IMG/VR virus record: IMGVR_UViG_3300048924_000605
Coordinates: 1-64,000 of that record
Length of the DNA stretch: 64,000 bases
Source: a virus
Reading direction: 5' to 3' (one strand)
The stretch's first letter is position 1. Each line of letters opens with the position of its first letter. The notes under the pieces were generated by a model. It saw nothing but the letters and a program-made list of their open reading frames with translations. It made no database searches and was not told where the DNA came from. Positions 1 to 9,545 of the stretch are shown here, one piece after another. The position numbers and the translations under genes are program-made.

Positions 1-1389
1 ATGTACAACCTGCTAGTGGTCTACAGAGAAGGGACTTGGAATGAGCGTGAATACACATTGTCGTCGGACCGCTTCCTCAGCTATACCGTTGAACCTATCG
101 CGTCCCGACTAAAGAGTTTAGATGCCGCCGCCGTGGCGGAACTGATGCAGATCCCTTCGCTCTTCGCGTATGAGGAGCGAGGCGAACACGACGAACGACT
201 TGATGCGCGCATTGGGTGGATTACGTCGATCAGCCACCGCAAGTCCGGTATTGCGATTTCATGGAAGCTGGACAACTCTTTGCCAGCCATTTCCCAAGCC
301 ACACTGGCAGAGCTCTGCAGCTCGCTCGACATTGATCGCGGCGGACGGCGGAGTTGGAGAGAACTGACCACTACTCATTGGGCTGTGAAAGACGTCGATC
401 TTTACGCGGTGCTGCAAGAGGCAAATATTGCCCCTCGACCGGTTGCCGCGCAGCCGCCCAGAGTCTTTATCTCCTACTCCTGGGATTCGGCAGATCATCA
501 AGCCTGGGTTCTTCAACTTTCTATAGATCTCAGAGAAAGGGGAATCGACGCGATCTTAGATCAGACGCATCTCCGGCCCGGGCAGAATTTAGTCATGTTC
601 ATGGAGGACTCCACCAATAAGTCGGATCGCGTAATAGTCGTATGTACACCGGAGTACATGAGGAAGGCCGCTGATCGCAAAGGCGGAGCCGGTTACGAGC
701 ACAACGTCACCGCAACCGATATCCTGGCCAACCCGGAATCACTTAAATATATCCCGATACTTCGCAACCCGAAGGATCAAGCGGCGATGCCGGTAGCCCT
801 ACGCGGCCGAATGTACCTTGACTTCAGCGATGGAAATTATGCTGCTAGTCTGGACCGCTTGGTGCGTGAACTGCATAACGCAGATATTGGTCCAATTGCC
901 CTGGGCCCGGCGCCGAATTTTTACTCACCGCAAAGTGTTTACCGTGGCCAGGTCGGAGCAATTTTGAATCATGACCGAACTCTATTCGCGGAGTTCCAAG
1001 CCACCCTTCCATTTGAACCTACCATCCGCACCTTACGTGATACCGATTTCGGTACAGATTACAGAACCGAGTGGCTCGCGCCGTTGGACCGATTTGTTAG
1101 GGAATGGGACGACCCAAATCGCGAATTCCTAGATGCACAACTGGAGGTTCAGCGCAAGGAGCTTTACGACGCTGCCCGCGAATTGGCAATGGTTTTCGCA
1201 ACTGAAACAGTTCCGCACGACCGCAATGAGGGCTGGCGAACAGTTTTTCCGTGGAATCTCCGCGGTGGCCCCCGGCCGGATCACGTCCTTGAAAGCGCTA
1301 GGACATTGAACCAGCACGCGCGGGCATTCATACCACTTTACGAGCGCTTTATCCGCCTTGCCCGCACTTACCTCAACGGCACAGACTAA
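1..1389 (+). CDS. TIR/SEFIR-domain protein with uncharacterised N- and C-terminal domains; candidate anti-phage protein
   Basis: Central RVFISYSWDSADHQAWVLQL..GIDAILDQ..SDRVIVVCTPEY..GGAGYE is a SEFIR/TIR signature that keeps the Glu; lower GC than the phage core. Confidence 0.8.
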   Translation: MYNLLVVYREGTWNEREYTLSSDRFLSYTVEPIASRLKSLDAAAVAELMQIPSLFAYEERGEHDERLDARIGWITSISHRKSGIAISWKLDNSLPAISQATLAELCSSLDIDRGGRRSWRELTTTHWAVKDVDLYAVLQEANIAPRPVAAQPPRVFISYSWDSADHQAWVLQLSIDLRERGIDAILDQTHLRPGQNLVMFMEDSTNKSDRVIVVCTPEYMRKAADRKGGAGYEHNVTATDILANPESLKYIPILRNPKDQAAMPVALRGRMYLDFSDGNYAASLDRLVRELHNADIGPIALGPAPNFYSPQSVYRGQVGAILNHDRTLFAEFQATLPFEPTIRTLRDTDFGTDYRTEWLAPLDRFVREWDDPNREFLDAQLEVQRKELYDAARELAMVFATETVPHDRNEGWRTVFPWNLRGGPRPDHVLESARTLNQHARAFIPLYERFIRLARTYLNGTD

Positions 1390-1744
1390 GCAAGAGCTAG
1401 TCGGCTAAGCGCAAGCGCGGCTATGTACGCGACGAACTCAAAGATTTTCGGACCTTGCGGGTTAAGGGGTTCAAAGCAAAGTGTGGCCAAGCAGTCCATG
1501 CGTTTCTCCGTGGCTTGTAATCCTAAAAGGAAATCGGCCCGAGCGGGTGGCCGGCACGGCTCGTCCCGGACCAGCAGGCCAAGGCGGCACCTGGCAAAAA
1601 GCGCAACGTCGCCGCCGAACGGATGACCAGCAGGCGGAACGCGTTGACTTGGCCTCCATCGACTCGTCCGCCAAATCGGCTCGTCTCGCGTGCTGAGACT
1701 GCGACTGGCTAGCGTCTGCTGGATATCGAGCGAGGTAGCCGCCC

Positions 1745-1969
1745 GTGTCCAACGTTCAAGCAGATACCCGTGTCTCCCTCCTGCCTCTAGGTCAGTTGTC
1801 CGTGTGGAGCGCGGAGAACCAGCAGATGAGCGCCGAGGAGTTCCACCTGATCGCAACTCGCCTACACGAGCTGGAAGGAATCGGCGTGCTTTCGATCTCT
1901 GACGCCAAGCGAGAGTCATATAGCGGCCTGCGACGATGGGAGATCGTCTTCTTCACGCGCCTGCGCTGA
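1745..1969 (+). CDS. small hypothetical protein
   Basis: 74-aa ORF with GAGG upstream of GTG; its C-terminal 36 codons recur as a diverged copy at 2976-3086. Confidence 0.55.
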   Translation: MSNVQADTRVSLLPLGQLSVWSAENQQMSAEEFHLIATRLHELEGIGVLSISDAKRESYSGLRRWEIVFFTRLR

Positions 1970-1988
1970 TAGCTTCCATCCAGAAACA

Positions 1989-2129
1989 TCATTCATGTTT
2001 CGCTCGGATAGCTGGCCCGAAATCCCCGGTTCGGCCACGGCAAAGGGTCGCGACCCCATCGGCTACCGAAGTAACCTTGTAGATCATGCCCGAATGCGAC
2101 TCCCAAACTTGTCCGGCCTGGAATTTCAT
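1989..2129 (-). CDS. small hypothetical protein (MKFQAGQVWES...)
   Basis: Strong RBS GGAGGAG before the ATG at 2129; 46 aa. Confidence 0.4.
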   Translation of the reverse strand: MKFQAGQVWESHSGMIYKVTSVADGVATLCRGRTGDFGPAIRAKHE

Positions 2130-2179
2130 CGCTCCTCCCCCCTTGTTCAACTCCGGCGGTCGAACCCAGCCTGCAAGCT

Positions 2180-2890
2180 TCAATTTTCAGGAGGCTGTCG
2201 AGTGGGTATGAGGTCAATGAACGGAAAAGGCGTTGGCGTGGTCCAGCGTTTTAAGATTGCGGCCCGCACTTCCGTCATTTTTTCAACCGAGTCCCAATCG
2301 GGATTTGCTGGCAGGGGTGCGATCTTGGCGAACGATCGCAGTTCTGCCGACAGTCGCGCGGCCTCGATGCCCAAGCCGGCGTACTCGAACTGGCGCCGCT
2401 CGAAAAATGCCGGGTAATCCGGCGGATCATCATGCTCGGCTGCGCCTTCAATGCGCTGCTCTGACTCATGCACGCGGTTCGGAAGGTACATCACGTCGAA
2501 CATCAAAACGGGTGGGAGTACCGACCAGACGACATCGAATTTTCGATCAAATGTCGGCGCCACCTTGGTCGTATGTGTGTAGCCCTCCCGGTCTACCCGG
2601 CCTTCGTCAAACGCCACCGCTTCGCAGGCACTGCTGAAACGCTCCAGTTCGCCGGCGACTAGACCAGCCAGATACGCCGCGTCGGAAGCGTCTTTTTTGG
2701 TCTTCTCCGCCCTCTCGAGCGCAGCTTTTTTGGCTTGTAGCTCCAGCTCCCGATTTCGGGTTAATCGGCTGGCGAGGTAGGCGCCCGCAAAGCTACCAAG
2801 GACTGTGACGAGTGCCACAATGACGGGCATCCAGGTGACGTACCACTCAGGAGTTGAGGTTGCGGGCGTGGTCATCGGCGGGTGCTCCAT
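2180..2890 (-). CDS. hypothetical protein with N-terminal membrane anchor
   Basis: 236-aa ORF; hydrophobic WMPVIVALVTVLGSFAGAYLA followed by a charged helix. Confidence 0.65.
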   Translation of the reverse strand: MEHPPMTTPATSTPEWYVTWMPVIVALVTVLGSFAGAYLASRLTRNRELELQAKKAALERAEKTKKDASDAAYLAGLVAGELERFSSACEAVAFDEGRVDREGYTHTTKVAPTFDRKFDVVWSVLPPVLMFDVMYLPNRVHESEQRIEGAAEHDDPPDYPAFFERRQFEYAGLGIEAARLSAELRSFAKIAPLPANPDWDSVEKMTEVRAAILKRWTTPTPFPFIDLIPTRQPPEN

Positions 2891-2975
2891 GCTGGGTGAC
2901 GGGACAGAATGCTCGCGGCCTTCGATTAACGCTCACTCCATCATGCATCGCGCACCTCGAATAGCTCCGGGTAAC

Positions 2976-3086
2976 CGCCTCCACGAACTCGACGCGATCG
3001 GCGTGCTCTCTATCTCCACCGCTCGGCGGGAGTCGTACAGCGGCTTCCGGAGATGGTCCGCCGTCTCCTTCGAGCGCCTGCGCTGA
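2976..3086 (+). pseudogene. 3' remnant paralogous to the 1745-1969 ORF
   Basis: 27/36 aa identical to the peptide encoded by 1859-1969, same stop position; no homologous 5' part. Confidence 0.6.
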
Positions 3087-3126
3087 CGCACCACCAGACG
3101 GGATGCCGTAGCCGTTGGCGGCGGCA

Positions 3127-3774
3127 TCAGGGCGTTGTGCGGTCTTGTTTGTATATGTCACACGTGAGTTCTCGAACCTCTGCAGTCAACCAGTTCAAGC
3201 CATTCAGCATTTGAGCAGCATGGTTCCTATGATCGGCCCATGATTCAGGGGAATCGAAATTGCGATCGATTGGGTCAAGCGCCATCTGCGAATAGTAGAA
3301 ATCCTTGGCAGCTTGTCGGCTTTCGATACAGGGCCCCAAAAAGCCGTCGAGCGCCTGCTCAAATTCAGGGTAAAAGAGCATCTGAAGCGTCCTCGCCTTG
3401 ATCACAGGACTGGGGTCGTCGTTCCCTTGGATGCCTGAACGCCAATCGTGCATAAGTTGTGTGTATGTGCTTAGGGCAGTCACTGCGGAAGTCACAAACG
3501 ACTCTAGGTTCTTCATCCGAGCGGCGCGCCATTCTCGAGCTGTCCAATCCTCATGGGCAATCCCGGCCTTGGTGGTCTCAATTGCCCTCAGTTGGTCGAT
3601 GAAGTCTTTTAGATCCTCTTTAGTTGCTAGATTTTCACCTTTACGACTCGCGTATCCGTCCCCGGCAGCCCCCAGCCGTTTGATGACCCACTGCGCAGCG
3701 ATTACTGCAAATACGGCTCCCGCTCCGAGACCAAATGGAGCAGCCAAAAGCTTCAATAGCCCCCCCAGATCCAT
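3127..3774 (-). CDS. hypothetical protein with N-terminal membrane anchor
   Basis: GGGGAGG RBS before ATG 3774; TM-like N-terminus, then KGENLATKED; low GC. Confidence 0.65.
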   Translation of the reverse strand: MDLGGLLKLLAAPFGLGAGAVFAVIAAQWVIKRLGAAGDGYASRKGENLATKEDLKDFIDQLRAIETTKAGIAHEDWTAREWRAARMKNLESFVTSAVTALSTYTQLMHDWRSGIQGNDDPSPVIKARTLQMLFYPEFEQALDGFLGPCIESRQAAKDFYYSQMALDPIDRNFDSPESWADHRNHAAQMLNGLNWLTAEVRELTCDIYKQDRTTP

Positions 3775-3858
3775 GCCTCCCCCTTGGCGCAATCCAACAA
3801 ATCGGTGTGTTGGGGGGTATTCTCACCAATTGCGACGGTCGGCGGTAGCATCACCGGC

Positions 3859-4209
3859 ATGCCCTCCTACCCAATCCCGCCCCCCGGCCAACGCTTCCGG
3901 TGGATCCGCTGGGAGCCCTACCCCAATCGCCAGTTCGTCCATCCGGACGACCCGCCGGCGGGCGCCGAGGCCTACCTATTGAAGATGGGCGGCTACGAGA
4001 TTGCCCGCATCCAGCGGTTGCACGACGGCCGCTGGCTGGGCGTGGTAGGAACGCTCTGGCACCGCGGCCTGTGGCTGTCGCACGCGTTCGACGACAAGGC
4101 AGCGGCGATCGCGCGGATCGAGCGCTGGGCCAACCGGGAGATCGAAGGGCTCCTGATCAGTCGCCCGATGGCATTCGCGGAGATTCCCATCAGCCACGCT
4201 AGCTCCTGA
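3859..4209 (+). CDS. hypothetical protein
   Basis: GC3-rich ORF directly upstream of the SRAP gene; start chosen at MPSYP. Confidence 0.55.
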   Translation: MPSYPIPPPGQRFRWIRWEPYPNRQFVHPDDPPAGAEAYLLKMGGYEIARIQRLHDGRWLGVVGTLWHRGLWLSHAFDDKAAAIARIERWANREIEGLLISRPMAFAEIPISHASS

Positions 4210-4225
4210 TTCCGAGGACTACTCC

Positions 4226-5212
4226 ATGTGCTATTCCGCTCAGATCTGGGCCGACTATCGCAAGTACGAGCGTATGTTCGGCGCCACCCTGACCGTCAGG
4301 GAGTTCGCCGAGATGTTCTGGGAGCGCCAAGGCGCAGCCTGGGCGAAGGCCATCCCCAAGGGTCTGCGAGACTCGCTGCACTACCCGCGTGACGACGACG
4401 AGGCGACGGTGAAGGCCAGGTTCGACGCCATCCGCCAGCAACTGGCCGAGAAAGAACAGGCCGAGATCGACGCGCAGTCCGTTCGGCTTGATCTGAACCG
4501 CGCGAAGCTGGCGGCGAAACCTGGCCTCAAGGGCGCGGCAAACGAGGTGCGTGTGGCCGGCAACAAGATCGCCGCGGCGCGGCGGCGCCTTGAGGACGTC
4601 GTGCGCGAGACCCCGAAGCCGGCCGACGACCGCATCTGGCCCGGCTGGTACGCCCCGGTAATGATCTGGGAGAACGGCCGCCGCGTGGTCAAGCTAATGC
4701 GCTTCCGGTGCCGGCCGGCGCGCGCGCCTGCGGACTACGACGAGAGATACCCCGGCACGTTCAACGCCCGCCTCGACAACATGGAGTCTTTCTGGCGCGG
4801 CGAGTTTGGGCATACACACGCTGTGGTCATCGCTAGCCGGTTCTACGAGTCCGTCGACTATTACCGCTACAAGCACGAACCCCAGCCGCCCGGTGCGCGC
4901 GACCGCAGCATCGAGTTGGTGTTCACACCCGATACCGGCCAAGACATGGCGATCGCCTGCCTGTACTCGCACTGGGTCAATCCGGATCCCGAAGGCGACG
5001 ACCTGTGGTCGTTCGCCTTCATCACGACGGATCCGCCGCCCGAAGTTGCAGCAGCCGGTCACGATCGCTGCATCATGCCGATCAAGCCCGATAACATCGA
5101 TCGCTGGCTCCAGCCGGCGCCGAATGACCTGGGCAGGTTCTATGAGATCCTGGAAGACCGCGAGCGCCCCTACTACAACCACGCCGTGGCCAAAGGCCTC
5201 AACGACGAATAA
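4226..5212 (+). CDS. SOS response-associated peptidase (SRAP/DUF159, HMCES/YedK family)
   Basis: N-terminal MC (Cys2), FNARLD, FYE, SFAFITT and GHDRCIMP motifs; GAGGA RBS. Confidence 0.9.
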   Translation: MCYSAQIWADYRKYERMFGATLTVREFAEMFWERQGAAWAKAIPKGLRDSLHYPRDDDEATVKARFDAIRQQLAEKEQAEIDAQSVRLDLNRAKLAAKPGLKGAANEVRVAGNKIAAARRRLEDVVRETPKPADDRIWPGWYAPVMIWENGRRVVKLMRFRCRPARAPADYDERYPGTFNARLDNMESFWRGEFGHTHAVVIASRFYESVDYYRYKHEPQPPGARDRSIELVFTPDTGQDMAIACLYSHWVNPDPEGDDLWSFAFITTDPPPEVAAAGHDRCIMPIKPDNIDRWLQPAPNDLGRFYEILEDRERPYYNHAVAKGLNDE

Positions 5213-5229
5213 AGCGAAAGGAGATCGCC

Positions 5230-5967
5230 TTGAAATACATCCTGACAGCGCTCGCAGGTGCCGCGGCTGGCTGCCTTTTCATGCTTCTGCTCAACCAGCC
5301 GTGGCTTCGCCCCTTCGAGACCAACACAGCAGCAGTGGTCGCGGCGCTTTCGTCAACCGTGCTGGCGGTCATCGGAGCCTTCGGGCTCTGGATCTACCAG
5401 ACGCGCATGAAGCAAGCCCAGCTTGAGCGAATCTACATTCCCATCTTCCAACCGCTGTACGAGAACATCGTCTTCGTCAGACAGCTCGCAACGAGCGGCG
5501 GGACTGAGGCCACGATGGATCAGATGGCCGACAAGCTTCCGATCGATCAGCCGGCGCGAAAGCTACTTCCCCATGAACTGGCGCAGTTTCAGCGCAAGGC
5601 TCTGCCTGATGCTGTCAAGATCAGCATCGTCATGGCCAAAAACGCCGTGACCCACTGGGCCAGTGTTCAAGACGTGCTCGTAAATCTGCCGCCGGATCGG
5701 CTAGCGGGACTGATCGAACTGCATCAGATTGCGACCGTGGCTATAGAGAAATTGCCCGAAATGTACGCCAAGGGTAAGCCGCAAAGCTTGGACCAAATGT
5801 TCTGGGAATTTGAAGCCGAAGACCTCGGGCTCATCGACTACGGCCTAAGCTCGATGGCAAAAACACTTAACGCCATCGATGGCGGCAGTCGTGACGAGTC
5901 CGGCACAGCTCTTTTGGAGCCCGCAGTCCGACAAATCAGGGCGGCCTTGGGCCAGGCCGCTCGGTGA
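5230..5967 (+). CDS. hypothetical membrane protein
   Basis: Two N-terminal hydrophobic segments; AAGGAG RBS before TTG. Confidence 0.6.
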   Translation: MKYILTALAGAAAGCLFMLLLNQPWLRPFETNTAAVVAALSSTVLAVIGAFGLWIYQTRMKQAQLERIYIPIFQPLYENIVFVRQLATSGGTEATMDQMADKLPIDQPARKLLPHELAQFQRKALPDAVKISIVMAKNAVTHWASVQDVLVNLPPDRLAGLIELHQIATVAIEKLPEMYAKGKPQSLDQMFWEFEAEDLGLIDYGLSSMAKTLNAIDGGSRDESGTALLEPAVRQIRAALGQAAR

Positions 5968-6024
5968 GCTAATCGCCGATGGCATCCGATTGCGGAAGCG
6001 GTAGAGCCCCCGCGGCGTCATAAC

Positions 6025-6291
6025 CTAATTACCCCTCTGTGCTGCGGCGTCTATTTCCCCCGACACCCTCGCAAGGCAGGTAAGAAATGACTGCATGTAA
6101 AGTCCGTCTTGGAACATCACCTGTTCGTGCTCTTGGTCAATCAACCCTGGCTTGAGGTTTTGCCATAGCAGCTGCAGCGCCTCAGGCTCAGGGTGTGTGG
6201 CGATCAATGCCGACACGGCCGCTTCGATAGCCTTTGCGGTGCCGGCCAAGAGCGATATCGCTCGAGTCAGATCTTCTGACGACAGTCCCAT
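6025..6291 (-). CDS. small hypothetical protein
   Basis: GAGGTG RBS before ATG 6291; 88 aa, helical. Confidence 0.5.
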   Translation of the reverse strand: MGLSSEDLTRAISLLAGTAKAIEAAVSALIATHPEPEALQLLWQNLKPGLIDQEHEQVMFQDGLYMQSFLTCLARVSGEIDAAAQRGN

Positions 6292-6438
6292 ACTCACCTC
6301 GAAGGTCGCGGCCGGTGACATCATCCTATACGCCGAATAGGGCACGATAGCGAACCGGCGTCGCCTGTTGGAAATGCACACGTGGCATGGCCCGCTGATC
6401 TGGGGCATAGTCCCGGCGCCACCGCATGGAGAAGCGAA

Positions 6439-6837
6439 GTGAAGTGGACTTTTGCCTTCCTGACTGCAGCAGCCGTTACCAGTTGCTCCGCGGCTGCGCC
6501 GCCGGCGACTTGTGCCGCTTATGACCAAGCGACTCAGATTAACGTGGCCTTCCGCTTTCCCGCAGAGAATGCCGGTCGGCCGGGCGGCTTCGGAGCAGTC
6601 AGCAGTTCGCCAACTTCAATGGTTCCGATCAATCCGAAGCAACTGGCGGGCAAGACCGCCCGAGCGGTGTCCTCGGTGAAGGAACCTTGCTGCAGCTTGG
6701 AGTTGATTGTAGAGGACTGCCAGAGGGCCTACATCCAATCGCCGGGCGGCGCCTATTCGATCAAAGCCGCGTCGGATAACGGCTACGAGATGTTCCCGAT
6801 CACGGGACCAAGGCCCCCCGCTCGGCCGCGCCAGTAG
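6439..6837 (+). CDS. putative exported protein/lipoprotein
   Basis: GGAG RBS, GTG start, signal-like KWTFAFLTAAAVTSC; several Cys. Confidence 0.45.
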   Translation: MKWTFAFLTAAAVTSCSAAAPPATCAAYDQATQINVAFRFPAENAGRPGGFGAVSSSPTSMVPINPKQLAGKTARAVSSVKEPCCSLELIVEDCQRAYIQSPGGAYSIKAASDNGYEMFPITGPRPPARPRQ

Positions 6838-7576
6838 CTTCGCCTCCGCTTGCATCGAGCGGAACTGTCGGTCGGCCATGCAAGTAGCCTTGCTGTAGGT
6901 AGATACCGAGCTTCAGCAAGGCCTCGGCGTCGTCTGCCGTCTCTACGCCTTCGGCAACGACCTCCGCCCCCAGATCCAGCGCCATCGCTGCAACGTGCGC
7001 AACAACCTTCCGACGCACCCGTTGCGCCGAGTCCGAGAGTCCCTGCACCAATCGCATGTCGAGCTTCACCACGTCGGGGACGTAAGCGGCTAGGACCGAG
7101 AGGCTGGCGTAGCCCGCGCCTAAATCATCCAGCGCGGTCCGAAAACCCGCCGCCCGCAGCAACTTGTGGCTCGCCACCCATGCGGGTACATCAATCGGTA
7201 GGTGTTCGGGGAACTCCAAGATGACTCGACCTGGTGACAGTCCGGCGCGCGCTGCCAATTCGGTCAAGTAGCTGAGCGCGGCTTCGTTACCGAGCAACGT
7301 GCTGCCCAAGTTGATACAGAGAAAGCCGGGAAGCCGCGATCGCGCCGCCGCCGCCATTGCCTCCCAAACAAGCCGCCGCTCCATCCGACTAAGTTCGTGG
7401 CCCTTCAGTCCCTCGAAGACTTCGGCAGCGCTGATCCCACCAGGACGGCGTGCCAGAGCCTCATAGGCGTAAACGCTGCCGCGCGAGAGATCCAAGATCG
7501 GCTGGAACGCTATACGGACCTCGCCCCCGGCCTCAACCGGACGCGCCGCGCGCGACAGCTCCCCTAAGTCGGCCAT
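6800..7576 (-). CDS. stand-alone EAL-domain c-di-GMP phosphodiesterase
   Basis: AFQPI, YEALAR, INL, LEFPE, DDLGAGYASL, KLD, AEGVE and QQG motifs; GGAGG RBS before ATG 7576. Confidence 0.9.
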   Translation of the reverse strand: MADLGELSRAARPVEAGGEVRIAFQPILDLSRGSVYAYEALARRPGGISAAEVFEGLKGHELSRMERRLVWEAMAAAARSRLPGFLCINLGSTLLGNEAALSYLTELAARAGLSPGRVILEFPEHLPIDVPAWVASHKLLRAAGFRTALDDLGAGYASLSVLAAYVPDVVKLDMRLVQGLSDSAQRVRRKVVAHVAAMALDLGAEVVAEGVETADDAEALLKLGIYLQQGYLHGRPTVPLDASGGEATGAAERGALVP

Positions 7577-7700
7577 GCCCGCCTCCGCCATCCGTGTGGA
7601 TCTCAGGCCGGTCCACCGGCCAAATCGGCCGTGCGGCCGCCCGGCCGAGCGTAGCAGGATTTTAATCCGCCGCCAGGGACGGAGCAGCCCCTTGCCCCGG

Positions 7701-8030
7701 CTATTCGTCCAGCCAGCCGGCGTACGGCCGCAAGTCCTCGATATAGGGAAATAGATCGCCAACCTCACATTCAAGCGCAATCGCCAGCTTGACGAGGGTG
7801 ATGATTGATGCTGCCGACTTCCCATTCTCGATCAGCCCGACGTAGGCCCGATCCATAGGAACGCTGTACGCCAGGTGGTCCTGGCTATATCCCCGCTGCT
7901 TACGAACCTCGCGGATTCGAGCGCCCACCGCCTGCAACAACTCGGACGGCGGGGATTGCCGCTTCTTGGAAGGCGGCTTCGTCTTCGCGCGAGGAAGGCG
8001 GCGGGTAGCGGCGGCAGTTTTCTTGGACAT
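7701..8030 (-). CDS. XRE-family (controller-protein-like) HTH regulator
   Basis: GARIREVRKQRGYSQDHLA..DRAYVGLIENG..LVKLAIALEC. Confidence 0.9.
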   Translation of the reverse strand: MSKKTAAATRRLPRAKTKPPSKKRQSPPSELLQAVGARIREVRKQRGYSQDHLAYSVPMDRAYVGLIENGKSAASIITLVKLAIALECEVGDLFPYIEDLRPYAGWLDE

Positions 8031-8060
8031 TTCCAACGTTCTTGGAATTTTCCAAGAACG
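8021..8060. promoter_or_regulatory. tandem palindromic operator TCTTGGA-N4-TCCAAGA at the XRE start
   Basis: Perfect copy at 8040-8057 (extends to an 11-bp inverted repeat, 8037-8060) plus a degenerate copy at 8021-8038 covering the ATG. Confidence 0.7.
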
Positions 8061-8435
8061 GTATGCCCAGACGGGCGGTTCCACCTCAGGTGTCCGCCCG
8101 TCTGGCGTCCCCCATCACTGGCTTAAGCAATTGATCTGTATTGACTTTGACCCGACACAATGGCCACATGCGGCCCGAGACGGCCACTCGATTCTCCCGA
8201 ATATGACTCTCTTCCGGCATCTAGGTCGGCTAGCTCAGGTTACGAACAGAGGACTCGATCTCCCTGTAAGAAGTCGCCGATTCTCGTGTCAGAAAAATCT
8301 GATAGCCCACATCGGACGAACGGTAGCAGCCGGAGACATCGAGCGGGAAACGCCTTGTTTTGAAGCACGACTAAAACTCTGAACGAACTCCAGGCTCGCC
8401 TTCTATCGAGACTTTGGAGTGGAAGCTCTGGATTT

Positions 8436-8453
8436 CCTTGGATTTTTCGCAGA
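8436..8453. promoter_or_regulatory. degenerate copy of the same operator
   Basis: CCTTGGATTTTTCGCAGA, 15/18 match to the copy at 34483, 75 nt upstream of the response regulator. Confidence 0.45.
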
Positions 8454-8528
8454 GACAACGACACCGAGTTGAGGCAGCCTAGCGGTCCGGCACGGAAGCC
8501 GAGGTGTCCAAGAACACAGGGAACCTGC

Positions 8529-9164
8529 ATGAAGTATGTCTTGGCAGAAGACTTCCCATCGGTCGTCTTCTTTTTGAAGCACCTCTTGGTCGAGAGGATT
8601 GGCGTCGACCCGAAGGACATCGAATCGGTAGACAACAGCGATGACCTGCTCACCCTAGTTGGAAAAGAAGAATACAGAAACGCATTCCTGCTCCTCGACC
8701 TGTCGATGCCCGGACGGTTCCGGCGACTGGTGCTGGTCAAAGAGTTGCTCCGCCGCAACAACTCGCTCAAGATCGTCGTTTACACCGCATACCACAGCGC
8801 ACACCTCGCAAAGGACTTGCTGCTACATGGCGTCGCCGCATACGTAACGAAGGGCAGTGTCCCGGATGTTCTCATCAACGCAGTCCGCGCGGGTCTTTCC
8901 GGGGAGAAATTCACCGACCCGAGTTTGAACCTGATCGCTGCTGCATTGTCGGATTGGTACGAACTCACCCCCAGCGAAATGGAGGTGACCATCGCCATCT
9001 GCAAGCAGCTTTCAAACAAAACAATCGCCAAGCTACACGGGGTCGGCCCGAAGACCGTTTCTGCTCACAAGCGAAGCGCGATGTCCAAGCTCGCGATCAG
9101 CCGGGAGACACACCTCACCGCCTACCTGTATGAGCAAGGGCTGGACTACTTGCTTGACGAATAG
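8529..9164 (+). CDS. orphan NarL/LuxR-type response regulator (REC + HTH)
   Basis: VLAED, LLLDLSMPG, VYT, YVTK and C-terminal LTPSEMEV..SNKTIA..KTVSAHKRSAMSKL. Confidence 0.88.
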   Translation: MKYVLAEDFPSVVFFLKHLLVERIGVDPKDIESVDNSDDLLTLVGKEEYRNAFLLLDLSMPGRFRRLVLVKELLRRNNSLKIVVYTAYHSAHLAKDLLLHGVAAYVTKGSVPDVLINAVRAGLSGEKFTDPSLNLIAAALSDWYELTPSEMEVTIAICKQLSNKTIAKLHGVGPKTVSAHKRSAMSKLAISRETHLTAYLYEQGLDYLLDE

Positions 9165-9176
9165 GAGCTACGACAA

Positions 9177-9503
9177 ATGGAAGGCAGTGCCCACAACGTA
9201 ATCCCCCTTCGCCGAAATGAAATTTCCTCGGAGGATGTGGACGCCATCGAGATGATCATGCGTGTCCATGTCGGTGAGGACGTGTCCTTGCGCAACATGG
9301 AAATCACCGACGAGCCCCTCGAGTCGATTTCCAAACGAATGGCCGCTGAGCCCGGAGCCAGTCAGAGTGAATCGCATGGCTGGCGATTTCCGGTCATGCA
9401 ATGGCGATTTCGCCCGAGCAACGGGACCCGCTTGGTGTTGACCGTCATCGACGAAGGGCGCAGGCGGTTCTTCAAACATCGCGTCGAATCAGTTTCAAGC
9501 TGA
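9177..9503 (+). CDS. hypothetical protein
   Basis: AGGAG RBS; lies in the operon between the regulator and virB5. Confidence 0.55.
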   Translation: MEGSAHNVIPLRRNEISSEDVDAIEMIMRVHVGEDVSLRNMEITDEPLESISKRMAAEPGASQSESHGWRFPVMQWRFRPSNGTRLVLTVIDEGRRRFFKHRVESVSS

Positions 9504-9545
9504 CCATACCGCGCTGCCCAACCTCACAAATGGAAGTAGAGTGGC

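Noticed and set aside
1390-1744. att site or tRNA marking the prophage end
   Set aside because: No tRNA structure is recognisable, and the partner att would lie outside the window.
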